Positions 55,954 to 64,000 of a DNA stretch of 64,000 nucleotides are shown here, in pieces. The first letter of the stretch is position 1; every line of letters begins with the position of its first letter. The DNA comes from Acidimicrobiales bacterium. Its GTDB lineage: Bacteria > Actinomycetota > Acidimicrobiia > Acidimicrobiales > UBA8190. The notes under the pieces were generated by a model. The model worked only from the letters and a program-made list of their open reading frames with translations, ran no database searches and was not told the origin of the DNA. Where the stretch lies: the NCBI GenBank assembly GCA_017882995.1, contig JADGOL010000228.1:771-64770 (forward strand), written 5' to 3'. A program made the translations under genes and the position numbers.

Positions 55954-56523
55954 GTGGACGATCAGGTGGACGACGAGCTCTCTGACCTGCTCGCGTCCAC
56001 CGTCGCCCCCCTGGGCCTCGAGGTCGTCGACGTCGAGCGGCGCTCGACAGCCGTCCGCGTGGTGGTGGACCGGGCAGGGGGAGTGGATCTCGAGACCATT
56101 GCGTCGGCTACGCGGGCGGTCTCCGCGGTGCTCGACTCGCACGATCCGTTCCCGGGTCAGCGCTACACCCTCGAGGTCTCGAGCCCCGGAGTGGAGCGAC
56201 CGTTGCGGACCCCGCTGCACTTCGAGCGCGCCGTCGGTGAGATGGTCAGCGTCCGGACTGTGGCCGGCGGCAAGGGGGAGCGTCGCGTGACGGGCCGGCT
56301 GAGAGTGGCCGATGTCGATGGCTTCGTGCTCGAAGGTGACGACCTGCCCGGGGGCGAGCGGCGTTTGTCGTACGACGAGGTCGAGCGGGCCCGGACAGTC
56401 TTTGCATGGGGATCGAAATCCCCCGCCGCGGCGCGCCAGGGTGGAGCGCCGCGCCAGGCCGCCCGTCCTCCGCGCGCGGCGGCGAGAAAACCTGCGGGAC
56501 GGAAGAAGGTGGCAACGCCATGA
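55954..56523 (+). CDS. rimP: Ribosome maturation factor RimP (with a basic C-terminal tail)
   Basis: LLASTVAPLGLEVVDVE....VRVVVD..GGVDLE......R.VS..LD....F...Y.LEVSSPGVERPL. Start is GTG 55954 or 55966. The ORF 5' extension from 55810 contains the leader hairpin and is rejected. Confidence 0.85.
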   Translation: MDDQVDDELSDLLASTVAPLGLEVVDVERRSTAVRVVVDRAGGVDLETIASATRAVSAVLDSHDPFPGQRYTLEVSSPGVERPLRTPLHFERAVGEMVSVRTVAGGKGERRVTGRLRVADVDGFVLEGDDLPGGERRLSYDEVERARTVFAWGSKSPAAARQGGAPRQAARPPRAAARKPAGRKKVATP

Positions 56524-57791
56524 GCAAGGCCAACTTCGAATTCCTCGACGCCTTGGGTCAGATCGCGCGCGACAAGGGGATCTCGGTCGAGACCCTCCTC
56601 GACGCTCTGGCCAACGCGCTCGTCGCCGCCTACAAGCGTCGACCGGGAGCCGCTGAGGAGGCCGTGGTGACCGTGGACCCCGAATCGGGGGAGATCCGCG
56701 TCTACGGCCAGGAGCTCGACGAGGACGGGAACGTGATCAGGGAGTGGGACGACACTCCCGATGACTTCGGTCGCATCGCCGCCCAGACCGCCAAGCAGGT
56801 CATCCTCCAGCGCATCCGAGAGGCCGAGCGGGACCTCAAGTACGAGGAGTACGCCGGGCGCGAAGGCGACATCGTCACGGGAATCGTGCAGCAGACCGAC
56901 AACCGCTACACGCTGCTCGACCTGGGCAAGGTCGAGGCGCTGCTGCCTCAGGCAGAGCAGGTGCCCTACGAGCGCTACGAGCACGGTGCCCGACTCAAGG
57001 CCTACATCGTCGAGGTGCGCAAGACGACCAAAGGCCCCCAGATCGTCGTCAGTCGCAGCCACCCGGGACTGGTGAAGCGGCTCTTCGAGTTGGAGGTCCC
57101 CGAGATCTCGTCGGGTGTGGTGGAGATCAGGGCCGCAGCACGCGAGCCTGGCCATCGCACCAAGATCGCGGTCTGGTCCAATGACCCCAACGTGGACCCG
57201 GTCGGCGCGTGTGTGGGCGCGCGAGGCTCACGCGTCCGGATGGTGACGAACGAGCTTCGCGGCGAGCGCATCGACGTGGTCCCCTTTGCCGACGATCCCG
57301 TCGAGTTCATCCAGGCCGCGCTGCAGCCGGCGCGCGTTCGGGAGGTCCGCCTCGATGACGACACCGGGATCGCCACGGTTGTGGTGAGCGACTACCAGCT
57401 CTCTCTCGCCATCGGCAAGGAAGGCCAGAACGCCCGTTTGGCGGCCCGACTCACCGGATGGCGCATCGACATCAAGAGCGAGACGCAACTCGCCGAGGAG
57501 GAGGCCGGCTACGGGGAAGAGTGGGCCGAGGGTGAGTGGGTGGAGAACGAGGCCGGCGAGATGGTGTGGCAGCCGGCTGAGGGCGGCGAGGCCGTGTCGG
57601 CGGCGGAGTGGTCGCGCGTCGCCTCGGGCGAGGAGCCCGGAGACAAGCCCGGTGAGACACCGCCGGTGAAGGCCGATGAGGCCCCCGCCGAAAAGGCCGC
57701 CGCCCTGCCCGAGCCGGCACCGGTCGAGGAGCAGAAGCCCGACGAGACGGTCGAAGCCGTCGAGCCAGGCGAACCGGAGATCACCGCATAG
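56520..57791 (+). CDS. nusA: Transcription termination/antitermination factor NusA
   Basis: [22 protein letters not shown]..., an S1 domain, and KH domains ([26 protein letters not shown]). Acidic C-terminal tail. ATGA overlap with rimP. Confidence 0.96.
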   Translation: MSKANFEFLDALGQIARDKGISVETLLDALANALVAAYKRRPGAAEEAVVTVDPESGEIRVYGQELDEDGNVIREWDDTPDDFGRIAAQTAKQVILQRIREAERDLKYEEYAGREGDIVTGIVQQTDNRYTLLDLGKVEALLPQAEQVPYERYEHGARLKAYIVEVRKTTKGPQIVVSRSHPGLVKRLFELEVPEISSGVVEIRAAAREPGHRTKIAVWSNDPNVDPVGACVGARGSRVRMVTNELRGERIDVVPFADDPVEFIQAALQPARVREVRLDDDTGIATVVVSDYQLSLAIGKEGQNARLAARLTGWRIDIKSETQLAEEEAGYGEEWAEGEWVENEAGEMVWQPAEGGEAVSAAEWSRVASGEEPGDKPGETPPVKADEAPAEKAAALPEPAPVEEQKPDETVEAVEPGEPEITA

Positions 57792-58126
57792 CCCCCCGCC
57801 GCACGTGCGTCGGCTGCCGGCAGACCGCGGCGCCGGCCGATTTGGTCCGGCTTTCGGCGGGCGCCGACGGAGAGCTGGTGATCGGACCGGGCCCGGGACG
57901 CGGTGCGTGGTTGTGCCAGGACTCGCCGGGATGCCTCGAACAGGCGGTGCGTCGGCAGGCGTTCGAGCGGTCCCTGCGCGCTGAAGTCGTGCCCGGAGCG
58001 GTCGAACGCCTCCGTAAGCTGCTGGGAAGCAGTGCATCGTCGGGCGAAGCCGGTGCCCATGTGTGCGAGGATGGTGGGTCGGGCCGGTCAGCCGGTTCGC
58101 CCCCGAACGAACAAGAAGGACCGTAG
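57788..58126 (+). CDS. ylxR: YlxR/DUF448 family RNA-binding protein; start codon unresolved (first canonical start TTG 57842 lies after the conserved CxxC motif)
   Basis: The frame reads [64 protein letters not shown], the family pattern R-x-C-x-x-C ... GRGAW.C ... A.++.AF.R. There is no ATG/GTG/TTG in frame between the stop at 57677-57679 and 57842. ATA 57788 overlaps the nusA TAG. Confidence 0.65.
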   Translation: MAPRRTCVGCRQTAAPADLVRLSAGADGELVIGPGPGRGAWLCQDSPGCLEQAVRRQAFERSLRAEVVPGAVERLRKLLGSSASSGEAGAHVCEDGGSGRSAGSPPNEQEGP

Positions 58127-58132
58127 GAGCCC

Positions 58133-60946
58133 TTGCCGAAGAAGATACGCGTCTACGAGCTGGCACGTGAGCTCGGCCTAACGAACAAGGAGGCCCTCGA
58201 CCTCTGCTTGGCGTTGGGCATCGGGGTGAAGAGCCACTCGTCCTCGATCGAGGATGCCCAAGCCGACCGCGTTCGGCGCAAGGCCGACAGCGAGGGACTT
58301 CGTCGCGCCGTCTCCCCCGAGGAGCCCGCCGAGCAGAAGCCGGCCCGGGCCACAACCACCCGGCCCGGGCGGGCCACCGCCGACAAGGCGGCCGCCTCGA
58401 CAGGGCCCGATCCCACCGCGTCGACCTCGACCGAGGCCCCGACCTCGACTCCGGCGTCGCCAGGGCCCACCGCACCGAGCCCGACCCCCGGGGCTCCATC
58501 TCCGGTCATCTCGACGCCGGACCGCCAGCGGCTCGTGACGAGCCGTCCCGCCAGCGAGGTCTCGATACCGCCCCCCGCGCCTCGCCCGGCGCCGGCTCCG
58601 GCGGCGCGCCCCGCGTCGGCTCCGGCGGCTCGTCCGCCATCGGCACCGCCTCGTCCCGCACCGCCGGCCGTGGCCGCGTCCACCCCCGCCGCTGCGCCGG
58701 ACCTCGGAGCTCCGCCGTCGAGGCCCGCGCCGGGCTCACCACCTGCTCCCCGGGTCCGGCCGCCCATGAGCTCCTCGGGCCGACCGATCCCCCCACCCCC
58801 CGGCCCTCCCCGCGCCAACGGACGACCGATCCCGCCACCCCCCGGTCGGCGCCCCCCGGCGGGCGCGCCCCGCCCCGGTGGTGGACCCGGAGCTGGCGCT
58901 CGTCCCGGCATGGGTGGCTCGCGCCCCGGCGGTGGACCCCCCGGTCGTGGCGGGCCCGGCGGTGGGGGCGGGTTCGGTGGTCGCCCCGGTGGTGGCGGCG
59001 GGTTCGGTGGTCGCCCCGGTGGTGGCCCACCTCCGCCCGGTTTGCGCGGTGGTCCGGGTGGGCGAGGTCGTCCTCCCCAGCGCCGGCCGCGTCGCCGACG
59101 TCGGAATCTCGAGGAGCTCGAGCCGACGCAGCTCACGACCTACACGCCGTCGAATGCCCCCGTGCCGGACTTCGAGGTCATCGTGGAGCGCGGCTCCACG
59201 CCGCGCGAGCTCGGGCCCAAGCTGAACCGGTCGGCGGGAGACGTGATTCGTTTCCTGTTCCTCCAGGGCGAGGTCGTGACCGCAGCCCAGTCACTCAGCG
59301 ACGACATGATCGAGTTGTTCGCGGCCGAGATCGGTGCGCAGATCCGTCTCGTCGACCGGGGTGAGGAGCAAGAGGCCGAGCTCCAGGCCAAGTATTTCGA
59401 AGAGGAAGAGGAAGAGCGCGAGGAGGACCTCCGTCCGCGCCCGCCGGTCGTGACCGTCATGGGACATGTCGACCACGGCAAGACCCTGCTCCTCGACCGC
59501 ATCCGTCATGCCAACGTCGTGGCGGGCGAAGCGGGCGGGATCACCCAGCACATCGGCGCCTACCAGACCGAAGCCGGTGGCCACCGGATCACGTTCATCG
59601 ACACGCCCGGCCACCAGGCCTTCACCGCCATGCGGGCCCGGGGTGCCGAGGTCACCGACATCGTCGTGCTGGTGGTGGCGGCTGATGACGGGGTCATGCC
59701 TCAGACCGTCGAAGCCATCGACCACGCCCGGGCCGCGGACGTGCCGATCGTCGTGGCGGTCAACAAGATCGACCGTCCCGACGCGGACGTGACCCGGGTG
59801 CTCCAGCAACTGTCCCAACACGGCCTCACCCCCGAGAGCTGGGGCGGCGACACCATCGTGTGCGAGATCTCCGCGTTGACCGGTGACGGGATCGACGGGC
59901 TTCTCGAGCAGCTCGACGTCGTCGCCGAGCTCGAAGATCTCCAGGCCAGTCCCGAGGCGCGTGGTCGTGGCGTGGTCCTCGAGGCGAACCTCGAGTCGGG
60001 CCGCGGCCCCGTGGCGACAGTGATCGTCCAGAGTGGCACCCTCCGAGTGGGTGACTCGGTCGTGGCCGGCGCGGCATGGGGCAAGGTGAAAGCCCTGATC
60101 GACGACCACGGCGAACAGGTCAAAGAGGCTCCACCGTCGACACCGGTGCAGGTCCTGGGATTCTCCGAGCCCCCCGCCGCGGGCGACGAGTTCCGTGTCA
60201 CCTCGGACCAGACGACGGCGCGCACCATCGGCGAGACACGCGAGCACCGTTACCGGGTAGCCGGTCACGCCCCATCGCCCACCGCCCCCGGGGCCAAGCT
60301 CGAAGATCTGTTCGAACAGATCCAACGGGGCGAGGCCGCCACGCTCAACCTGATCCTCAAGAGCGATGTCCAGGGCACGCTGGAGGCCATCACCGACAGT
60401 TTGCGCAAGCTCGAGCGACCGGACGTGAAGCTGAGCTTCGTGCACCGCGGCGTCGGCGGGATCACCGAGTACGACGTCCAGCTGGCGGTGGCCTCCAACG
60501 CCACGATCATCGGCTTCAACGTCCGTCCCGACCGTCGGGCCCGCGAGATGGCGGTGGAGCGCGGCGTGGGCATCCGGACCTACGAGGTGATCTACAAGCT
60601 CCTCGAAGACATCGAAGCGGCCATGGTGGGCATGCTCGCCCCCGAATTCGAAGAGGTCGTCACCGGCGAGGCCGAGGTGCGCGAGGTGTTCCGCGTGCCC
60701 CGCATCGGTGCGGTGGCCGGTTGCTACGTGCGTGACGGCGTGATCACGCGGGGATCGAAGGTCCGTTTCCTGCGCGAGGGCGTCATCATCTGGAAGGGCA
60801 CGATCAACTCGTTGCGCCGATTCAAAGACGACGTGCGCGAAGTTCAAGCGGGCTTCGAGTGCGGCATCGGTCTTTCGGACTTCCAGGACCTGAAGGATGG
60901 CGACATCATCGAGACCTTCGAGGAGCGCGAGATCCCCCGGACCTGA
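58133..60946 (+). CDS. infB: Translation initiation factor IF-2
   Basis: [16 protein letters not shown]-terminus (TTG start with AGGAG upstream), a long P/G/A-rich linker, and a GTPase domain ([23 protein letters not shown]). Confidence 0.96.
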   Translation: MPKKIRVYELARELGLTNKEALDLCLALGIGVKSHSSSIEDAQADRVRRKADSEGLRRAVSPEEPAEQKPARATTTRPGRATADKAAASTGPDPTASTSTEAPTSTPASPGPTAPSPTPGAPSPVISTPDRQRLVTSRPASEVSIPPPAPRPAPAPAARPASAPAARPPSAPPRPAPPAVAASTPAAAPDLGAPPSRPAPGSPPAPRVRPPMSSSGRPIPPPPGPPRANGRPIPPPPGRRPPAGAPRPGGGPGAGARPGMGGSRPGGGPPGRGGPGGGGGFGGRPGGGGGFGGRPGGGPPPPGLRGGPGGRGRPPQRRPRRRRRNLEELEPTQLTTYTPSNAPVPDFEVIVERGSTPRELGPKLNRSAGDVIRFLFLQGEVVTAAQSLSDDMIELFAAEIGAQIRLVDRGEEQEAELQAKYFEEEEEEREEDLRPRPPVVTVMGHVDHGKTLLLDRIRHANVVAGEAGGITQHIGAYQTEAGGHRITFIDTPGHQAFTAMRARGAEVTDIVVLVVAADDGVMPQTVEAIDHARAADVPIVVAVNKIDRPDADVTRVLQQLSQHGLTPESWGGDTIVCEISALTGDGIDGLLEQLDVVAELEDLQASPEARGRGVVLEANLESGRGPVATVIVQSGTLRVGDSVVAGAAWGKVKALIDDHGEQVKEAPPSTPVQVLGFSEPPAAGDEFRVTSDQTTARTIGETREHRYRVAGHAPSPTAPGAKLEDLFEQIQRGEAATLNLILKSDVQGTLEAITDSLRKLERPDVKLSFVHRGVGGITEYDVQLAVASNATIIGFNVRPDRRAREMAVERGVGIRTYEVIYKLLEDIEAAMVGMLAPEFEEVVTGEAEVREVFRVPRIGAVAGCYVRDGVITRGSKVRFLREGVIIWKGTINSLRRFKDDVREVQAGFECGIGLSDFQDLKDGDIIETFEEREIPRT
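58971..59026 (+). repeat. In-frame 30-nt tandem duplication in the IF-2 Gly-rich linker
   Basis: GGTTCGGTGGTCGCCCCGGTGGTGGC occurs at 58971 and again at 59001, encoding [10 protein letters not shown] twice. Confidence 0.85.
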
Positions 60947-61067
60947 GAGGTCACTGTCGCCTCTGGTCTGGGGCGGTCGGGTGTGACAGGCCAAAGCCGC
61001 GGTAGGCGCCGCCGCAGGGGAGGCGCCCCGACGACGACGCAGATGCCGCGCGCAGAGGAGGTTGGCA

Positions 61068-61478
61068 ATGCCCGGACGCCGCCGCGAGAAGAGGGCACCC
61101 GCTGCATATCCCCGAACGGCACGGGTCAACGAGGTGCTGCGCGAAGTTGTGGCCGAGGCGCTCGAACGGCTGGCCGATACCGACGACCGACTCCGCCTTC
61201 TCACGGTGACCTCTGTCGACATCACCCCCGACCTGTCCCGGGCCACCGTCTACCTGAGCTCCCTTCCCGCCGCAGCCATCGAGGCCCTCACCGAGCAGCG
61301 CACCCAGTTGCAGCGGACCATCGCTCGCCAGGTACGGATGAAACGCACCCCTCTTCTCGTCTTCGAGTCGGATCCGGCTGTGGCCCACGGTCTGCGCGTC
61401 GAGGAGATCCTGCGCAACCTGCGTGAAGCCACCGATGATCACGACGTCTCGGGCGGTGACGATGCCGGGACCCAGTAG
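61068..61478 (+). CDS. rbfA: Ribosome-binding factor A
   Basis: RVNEVLREVVAEALERL.D.RL..LTVTSVDITPDLS.ATVY. ATG 61068 has GAGGAGG 7 nt upstream. Confidence 0.92.
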   Translation: MPGRRREKRAPAAYPRTARVNEVLREVVAEALERLADTDDRLRLLTVTSVDITPDLSRATVYLSSLPAAAIEALTEQRTQLQRTIARQVRMKRTPLLVFESDPAVAHGLRVEEILRNLREATDDHDVSGGDDAGTQ

Positions 61479-62373
61479 CGACACCGCGGGGCCGGAGACG
61501 ATCGGCATGGTGGTGGTGGACAAAGAGGCCGGATGGACCTCGCACGACGCCGTCGCCCGGTGTCGGCGCATCTTCTCGCAGCGACGCGTCGGCCACGCCG
61601 GCACGCTCGACCCCGACGCCACCGGCGTGCTGCTCGTGGGGCTGGGTCGGTTCACGCGCATGTTGCGGTTCCTCACCGGACTGCCGAAGTCCTACGAGGC
61701 CGAGGTGGTGCTCGGGCGCGCCACGAGCACGCTCGATGCATCGGGCGAGGTCACCGGGACGTGGGACATGTCCGGCGTCACCCTCCACGAGGTGCGCAAA
61801 GCAGCGGCATCGCTCACCGGCGTCATCGACCAGGTTCCGCCCATGGTCTCGGCGCGCCGGGTGGGGGGACGCCGCCTTCACGAGTTGGCCCGAGCGGGAA
61901 TCGAAGTCGAACGATCGGCCCGACCTGTCACCGTGGAACGCTTCGACGTCCAGGAGTCACCCCAGTCCGAGGCCGGGGTCTTTCGGATCGAAGTGGATTG
62001 TTCGACCGGGACGTATGTGCGCGTGCTCGCCGCCGATCTGGGCGAAGCTCTGGGCGGTGGTGCTCACCTGCGCAACCTTCGGCGAACCCGCATCGGGTCG
62101 TTCGGTGTCGATGAGGCCAGAACCCTCGGGGCGGTCACCGACGCCCAAGTGCTGAGTCCCGCGCAGGCGTTGCGCGATATGGCCCAGGTCGAGCTCGACG
62201 ACGAGATGGTGCGCTCGGTCTCTCATGGGCTCGCCCTCGACAGAGTGTCGGTGGGAGCGGCCGGCGAGGGTCCGTGGGCGCTGCTCGACCACAGCGGTGC
62301 GCTGTTGGCCGTGTACGAAGCGACGGGCACCGATCGCTTGGTGGCGTTGTGCGTGCTGGCCGGAAGCGGATGA
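61462..62373 (+). CDS. truB: tRNA pseudouridine(55) synthase
   Basis: VVVDKEAGWTSHDAV and catalytic GHAGTLDPDATGVL. Start is ambiguous: ATG 61462 (overlaps rbfA by 17 nt) or ATG 61507. Confidence 0.92.
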   Translation: MPGPSSDTAGPETIGMVVVDKEAGWTSHDAVARCRRIFSQRRVGHAGTLDPDATGVLLVGLGRFTRMLRFLTGLPKSYEAEVVLGRATSTLDASGEVTGTWDMSGVTLHEVRKAAASLTGVIDQVPPMVSARRVGGRRLHELARAGIEVERSARPVTVERFDVQESPQSEAGVFRIEVDCSTGTYVRVLAADLGEALGGGAHLRNLRRTRIGSFGVDEARTLGAVTDAQVLSPAQALRDMAQVELDDEMVRSVSHGLALDRVSVGAAGEGPWALLDHSGALLAVYEATGTDRLVALCVLAGSG

Positions 62374-62459
62374 TCGAGGGTGTCGTGGCGCGCCCCGGTC
62401 TGTGGTGCGTGAGGGAACGGCCCACGAGAGCCGCACACGGGCACGGGTAACCTCATCCC

Positions 62460-63419
62460 GTGGAGGTTGTCGACGGCCCCGAGCACTGCACCGCACCGGC
62501 CCGAGGCTCGGCGGTGACCATCGGCGCCTATGACGGCGTCCACCTCGGGCATCGCCACCTCCTGGCCGAGCTTCGGCAACGGGCTACGGCGCGGGGGTTG
62601 GCCAGCGTCGTGGTCACCTTCGATCGACACCCCGCCACGGTGGTCCGGCCACAATCGGCACCGCCGATCCTGACCGATCGCGAGCAGAAGCTCGAGCTCC
62701 TGGCCGCTGCGGGCATGGACCTCACGCTGGTGGTCCCCTTCGACCAGGCGAGGGCCAACGAGACGGCTGAGGAGTTCGTGCTCGAGGTACTGGTGCGCGC
62801 GCTGGGCGCTCGGCTGGTGGTGGTGGGGGAGGACTTCCACTTCGGGAACCGACGTGCCGGCAATGTGGCGTTGCTGACCGAGATGGGCGCACGACACGGA
62901 TTCGACGTGGTCGGCCTGGCGTTGGAAGCGGACGGCTCCGCCCAGGTGGTGTCGTCGACGCGCATCCGCGAGCTGCTCGCCGCGTGTGAGGTCTCGGCCG
63001 CCGCCGCACTGCTCGGCCGCCCCCACCAGGTCCGCGGGGTCGTGGAACACGGCGACGGCCGCGGCGGTGCCGAGCTCGACTTCCCGACCGCCAACGTGGC
63101 CGTCCCCGAAGGCGTGGCCATGCCCGGGGAGGGGATCTACGCCTGCTGGTATGAGCGGCCCGACGGGTCGGTCCACGCCGCGGCGGCCTCCCTCGGGCGG
63201 CGCCCGACATTCCACGCCGCCGCCGCGCCCGTGCTCGAAGTGTTCCTGATGGACTTCAGTGGCGACCTCTATGGCGAGACGGCCCGGGTGTCTTTCGTGA
63301 CCCACCTTCGAAAAGAACGTCGTTTCGACTCCACCGAGGCACTGGTGCGACAGATGACCGCGGATGTGGCCGCGGCACGCACCGCCCTCGGGTCCACCGC
63401 CCACCAGTCATGGACCTGA
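62460..63419 (+). CDS. ribF: Bifunctional riboflavin kinase / FMN adenylyltransferase
   Basis: VTIGAYDGVHLGHRHLL, a C-terminal kinase domain (GRGGAELDFPTAN ... RPTF ... LEVFLMDF.GDLYG). Confidence 0.94.
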   Translation: MEVVDGPEHCTAPARGSAVTIGAYDGVHLGHRHLLAELRQRATARGLASVVVTFDRHPATVVRPQSAPPILTDREQKLELLAAAGMDLTLVVPFDQARANETAEEFVLEVLVRALGARLVVVGEDFHFGNRRAGNVALLTEMGARHGFDVVGLALEADGSAQVVSSTRIRELLAACEVSAAAALLGRPHQVRGVVEHGDGRGGAELDFPTANVAVPEGVAMPGEGIYACWYERPDGSVHAAAASLGRRPTFHAAAAPVLEVFLMDFSGDLYGETARVSFVTHLRKERRFDSTEALVRQMTADVAAARTALGSTAHQSWT

Positions 63420-63602
63420 ACCGCCTCACCTGGACTTCTGTAGCGTGGACAGGGAGCCGGGGAAGACCTCGCGTGGGCGTCAGCGGATCGGCCCTGCTAG
63501 AGTACGGTCCCAGCCGGGACGCCGTCCCGGTCGGATCCGGGCCGGGGCGGACGTGGCTTCGCCCGACCGTCCCTGAGTAATTTCCGAGGTCGTTCCCCCC
63601 AT

Positions 63603-63860
63603 ATGGCCGAAAAGTCCGCGACGATCGCCGAACATCGCCTGCACGAGACCGACACGGGCTCGCCCGAGGTGCAGATCGCACTCCTCACCGAGCGCATCTC
63701 ACTTCTGACCGAGCACCTGAAGATCCACAAGGGCGACCATCACACCCGGCGGGGCCTGATGAAGATCATCGGTCGGCGGCGCAGGCTGCTCGACTATGTG
63801 CGGGACAACGACGTCGAGCGTTACCGGTCGATCATCGGCCGGCTCGGCATCCGCCGCTAA
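63603..63860 (+). CDS. rpsO: 30S ribosomal protein S15
   Basis: [51 protein letters not shown]...[13 protein letters not shown]. Confidence 0.96.
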   Translation: MAEKSATIAEHRLHETDTGSPEVQIALLTERISLLTEHLKIHKGDHHTRRGLMKIIGRRRRLLDYVRDNDVERYRSIIGRLGIRR

Positions 63861-64000
63861 GCAGCCGGCCCCTGGGGCGGCCGACCGGCCGTCACGGGAG
63901 CCAACCTCGGGTTGGACATCCTGCCCGGGCAGAGGGCGGACAGTCCGCCCGACAGACCGAAGGGCACTTGACCAGCGGTCAGCTGCCAGTCGCCGGTCAC

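Noticed and set aside
59291-61246. 651-aa minus-strand ORF
   Set aside because: It is antisense to infB (clear GTPase motifs on the plus strand) and runs through the infB-rbfA intergenic region. It has no motifs.

Overview
High-GC (roughly 60-73% in hand-sampled lines) actinobacterial-type chromosome segment. It is almost entirely densely packed housekeeping operons in classic Actinomycetota synteny: tig-clpP-clpX, folC-ndk, mreBCD-pbp2, radical-SAM pair-rne-rplU-rpmA-obg-proB-proA, aroG(class II)/nadD-rsfS, an mtrAB-like two-component system with a lipoprotein, xerC-whiG/fliA, rpsB-tsf-pyrH-frr-cdsA-dxr-rseP-ispG, and rimP-nusA-ylxR-infB-rbfA-truB-ribF-rpsO. A mycothiol-type DinB/MDMPI enzyme fits the same phylum; no finer taxonomy can be assigned. 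Many adjacent genes overlap by 4 nt (ATGA/GTGA), which implies long translationally coupled operons. The only clearly accessory part is the left end (about 1-5300). It holds a cellulose-synthase-like GT2 gene overlapping a GT-C-type membrane glycosyltransferase gene, both with atypical A/T-richer codon usage. These are followed by tRNA-Gly(UCC) and tRNA-Pro(UGG), which bracket a 1.4-kb islet with two orphan small ORFs. No integrase, att duplication, CRISPR array or recognisable defence system is visible. The observations most worth follow-up are: (1) the GT2 + GT-C module; (2) a MoxR-AAA+/CoxE-type VWA/histidine-phosphatase trio translationally fused to the end of the obg-proBA operon; (3) a secreted six-repeat (propeller-like) protein fused to a GH25/DUF1906-like wall-hydrolase domain; (4) a ylxR homologue whose conserved N-terminal CxxC motif lies upstream of any canonical start codon, with an ATA overlapping the nusA stop; (5) a terminator-like hairpin in the rimP-nusA-infB leader; (6) an archaeal/eukaryote-type ProRS on the opposite strand inside the otherwise conserved ispG-rimP block; (7) long low-complexity extensions on CdsA, RNase E, S2 and IF-2. 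All functional calls come from reading motifs in the supplied translations; no database search was run.
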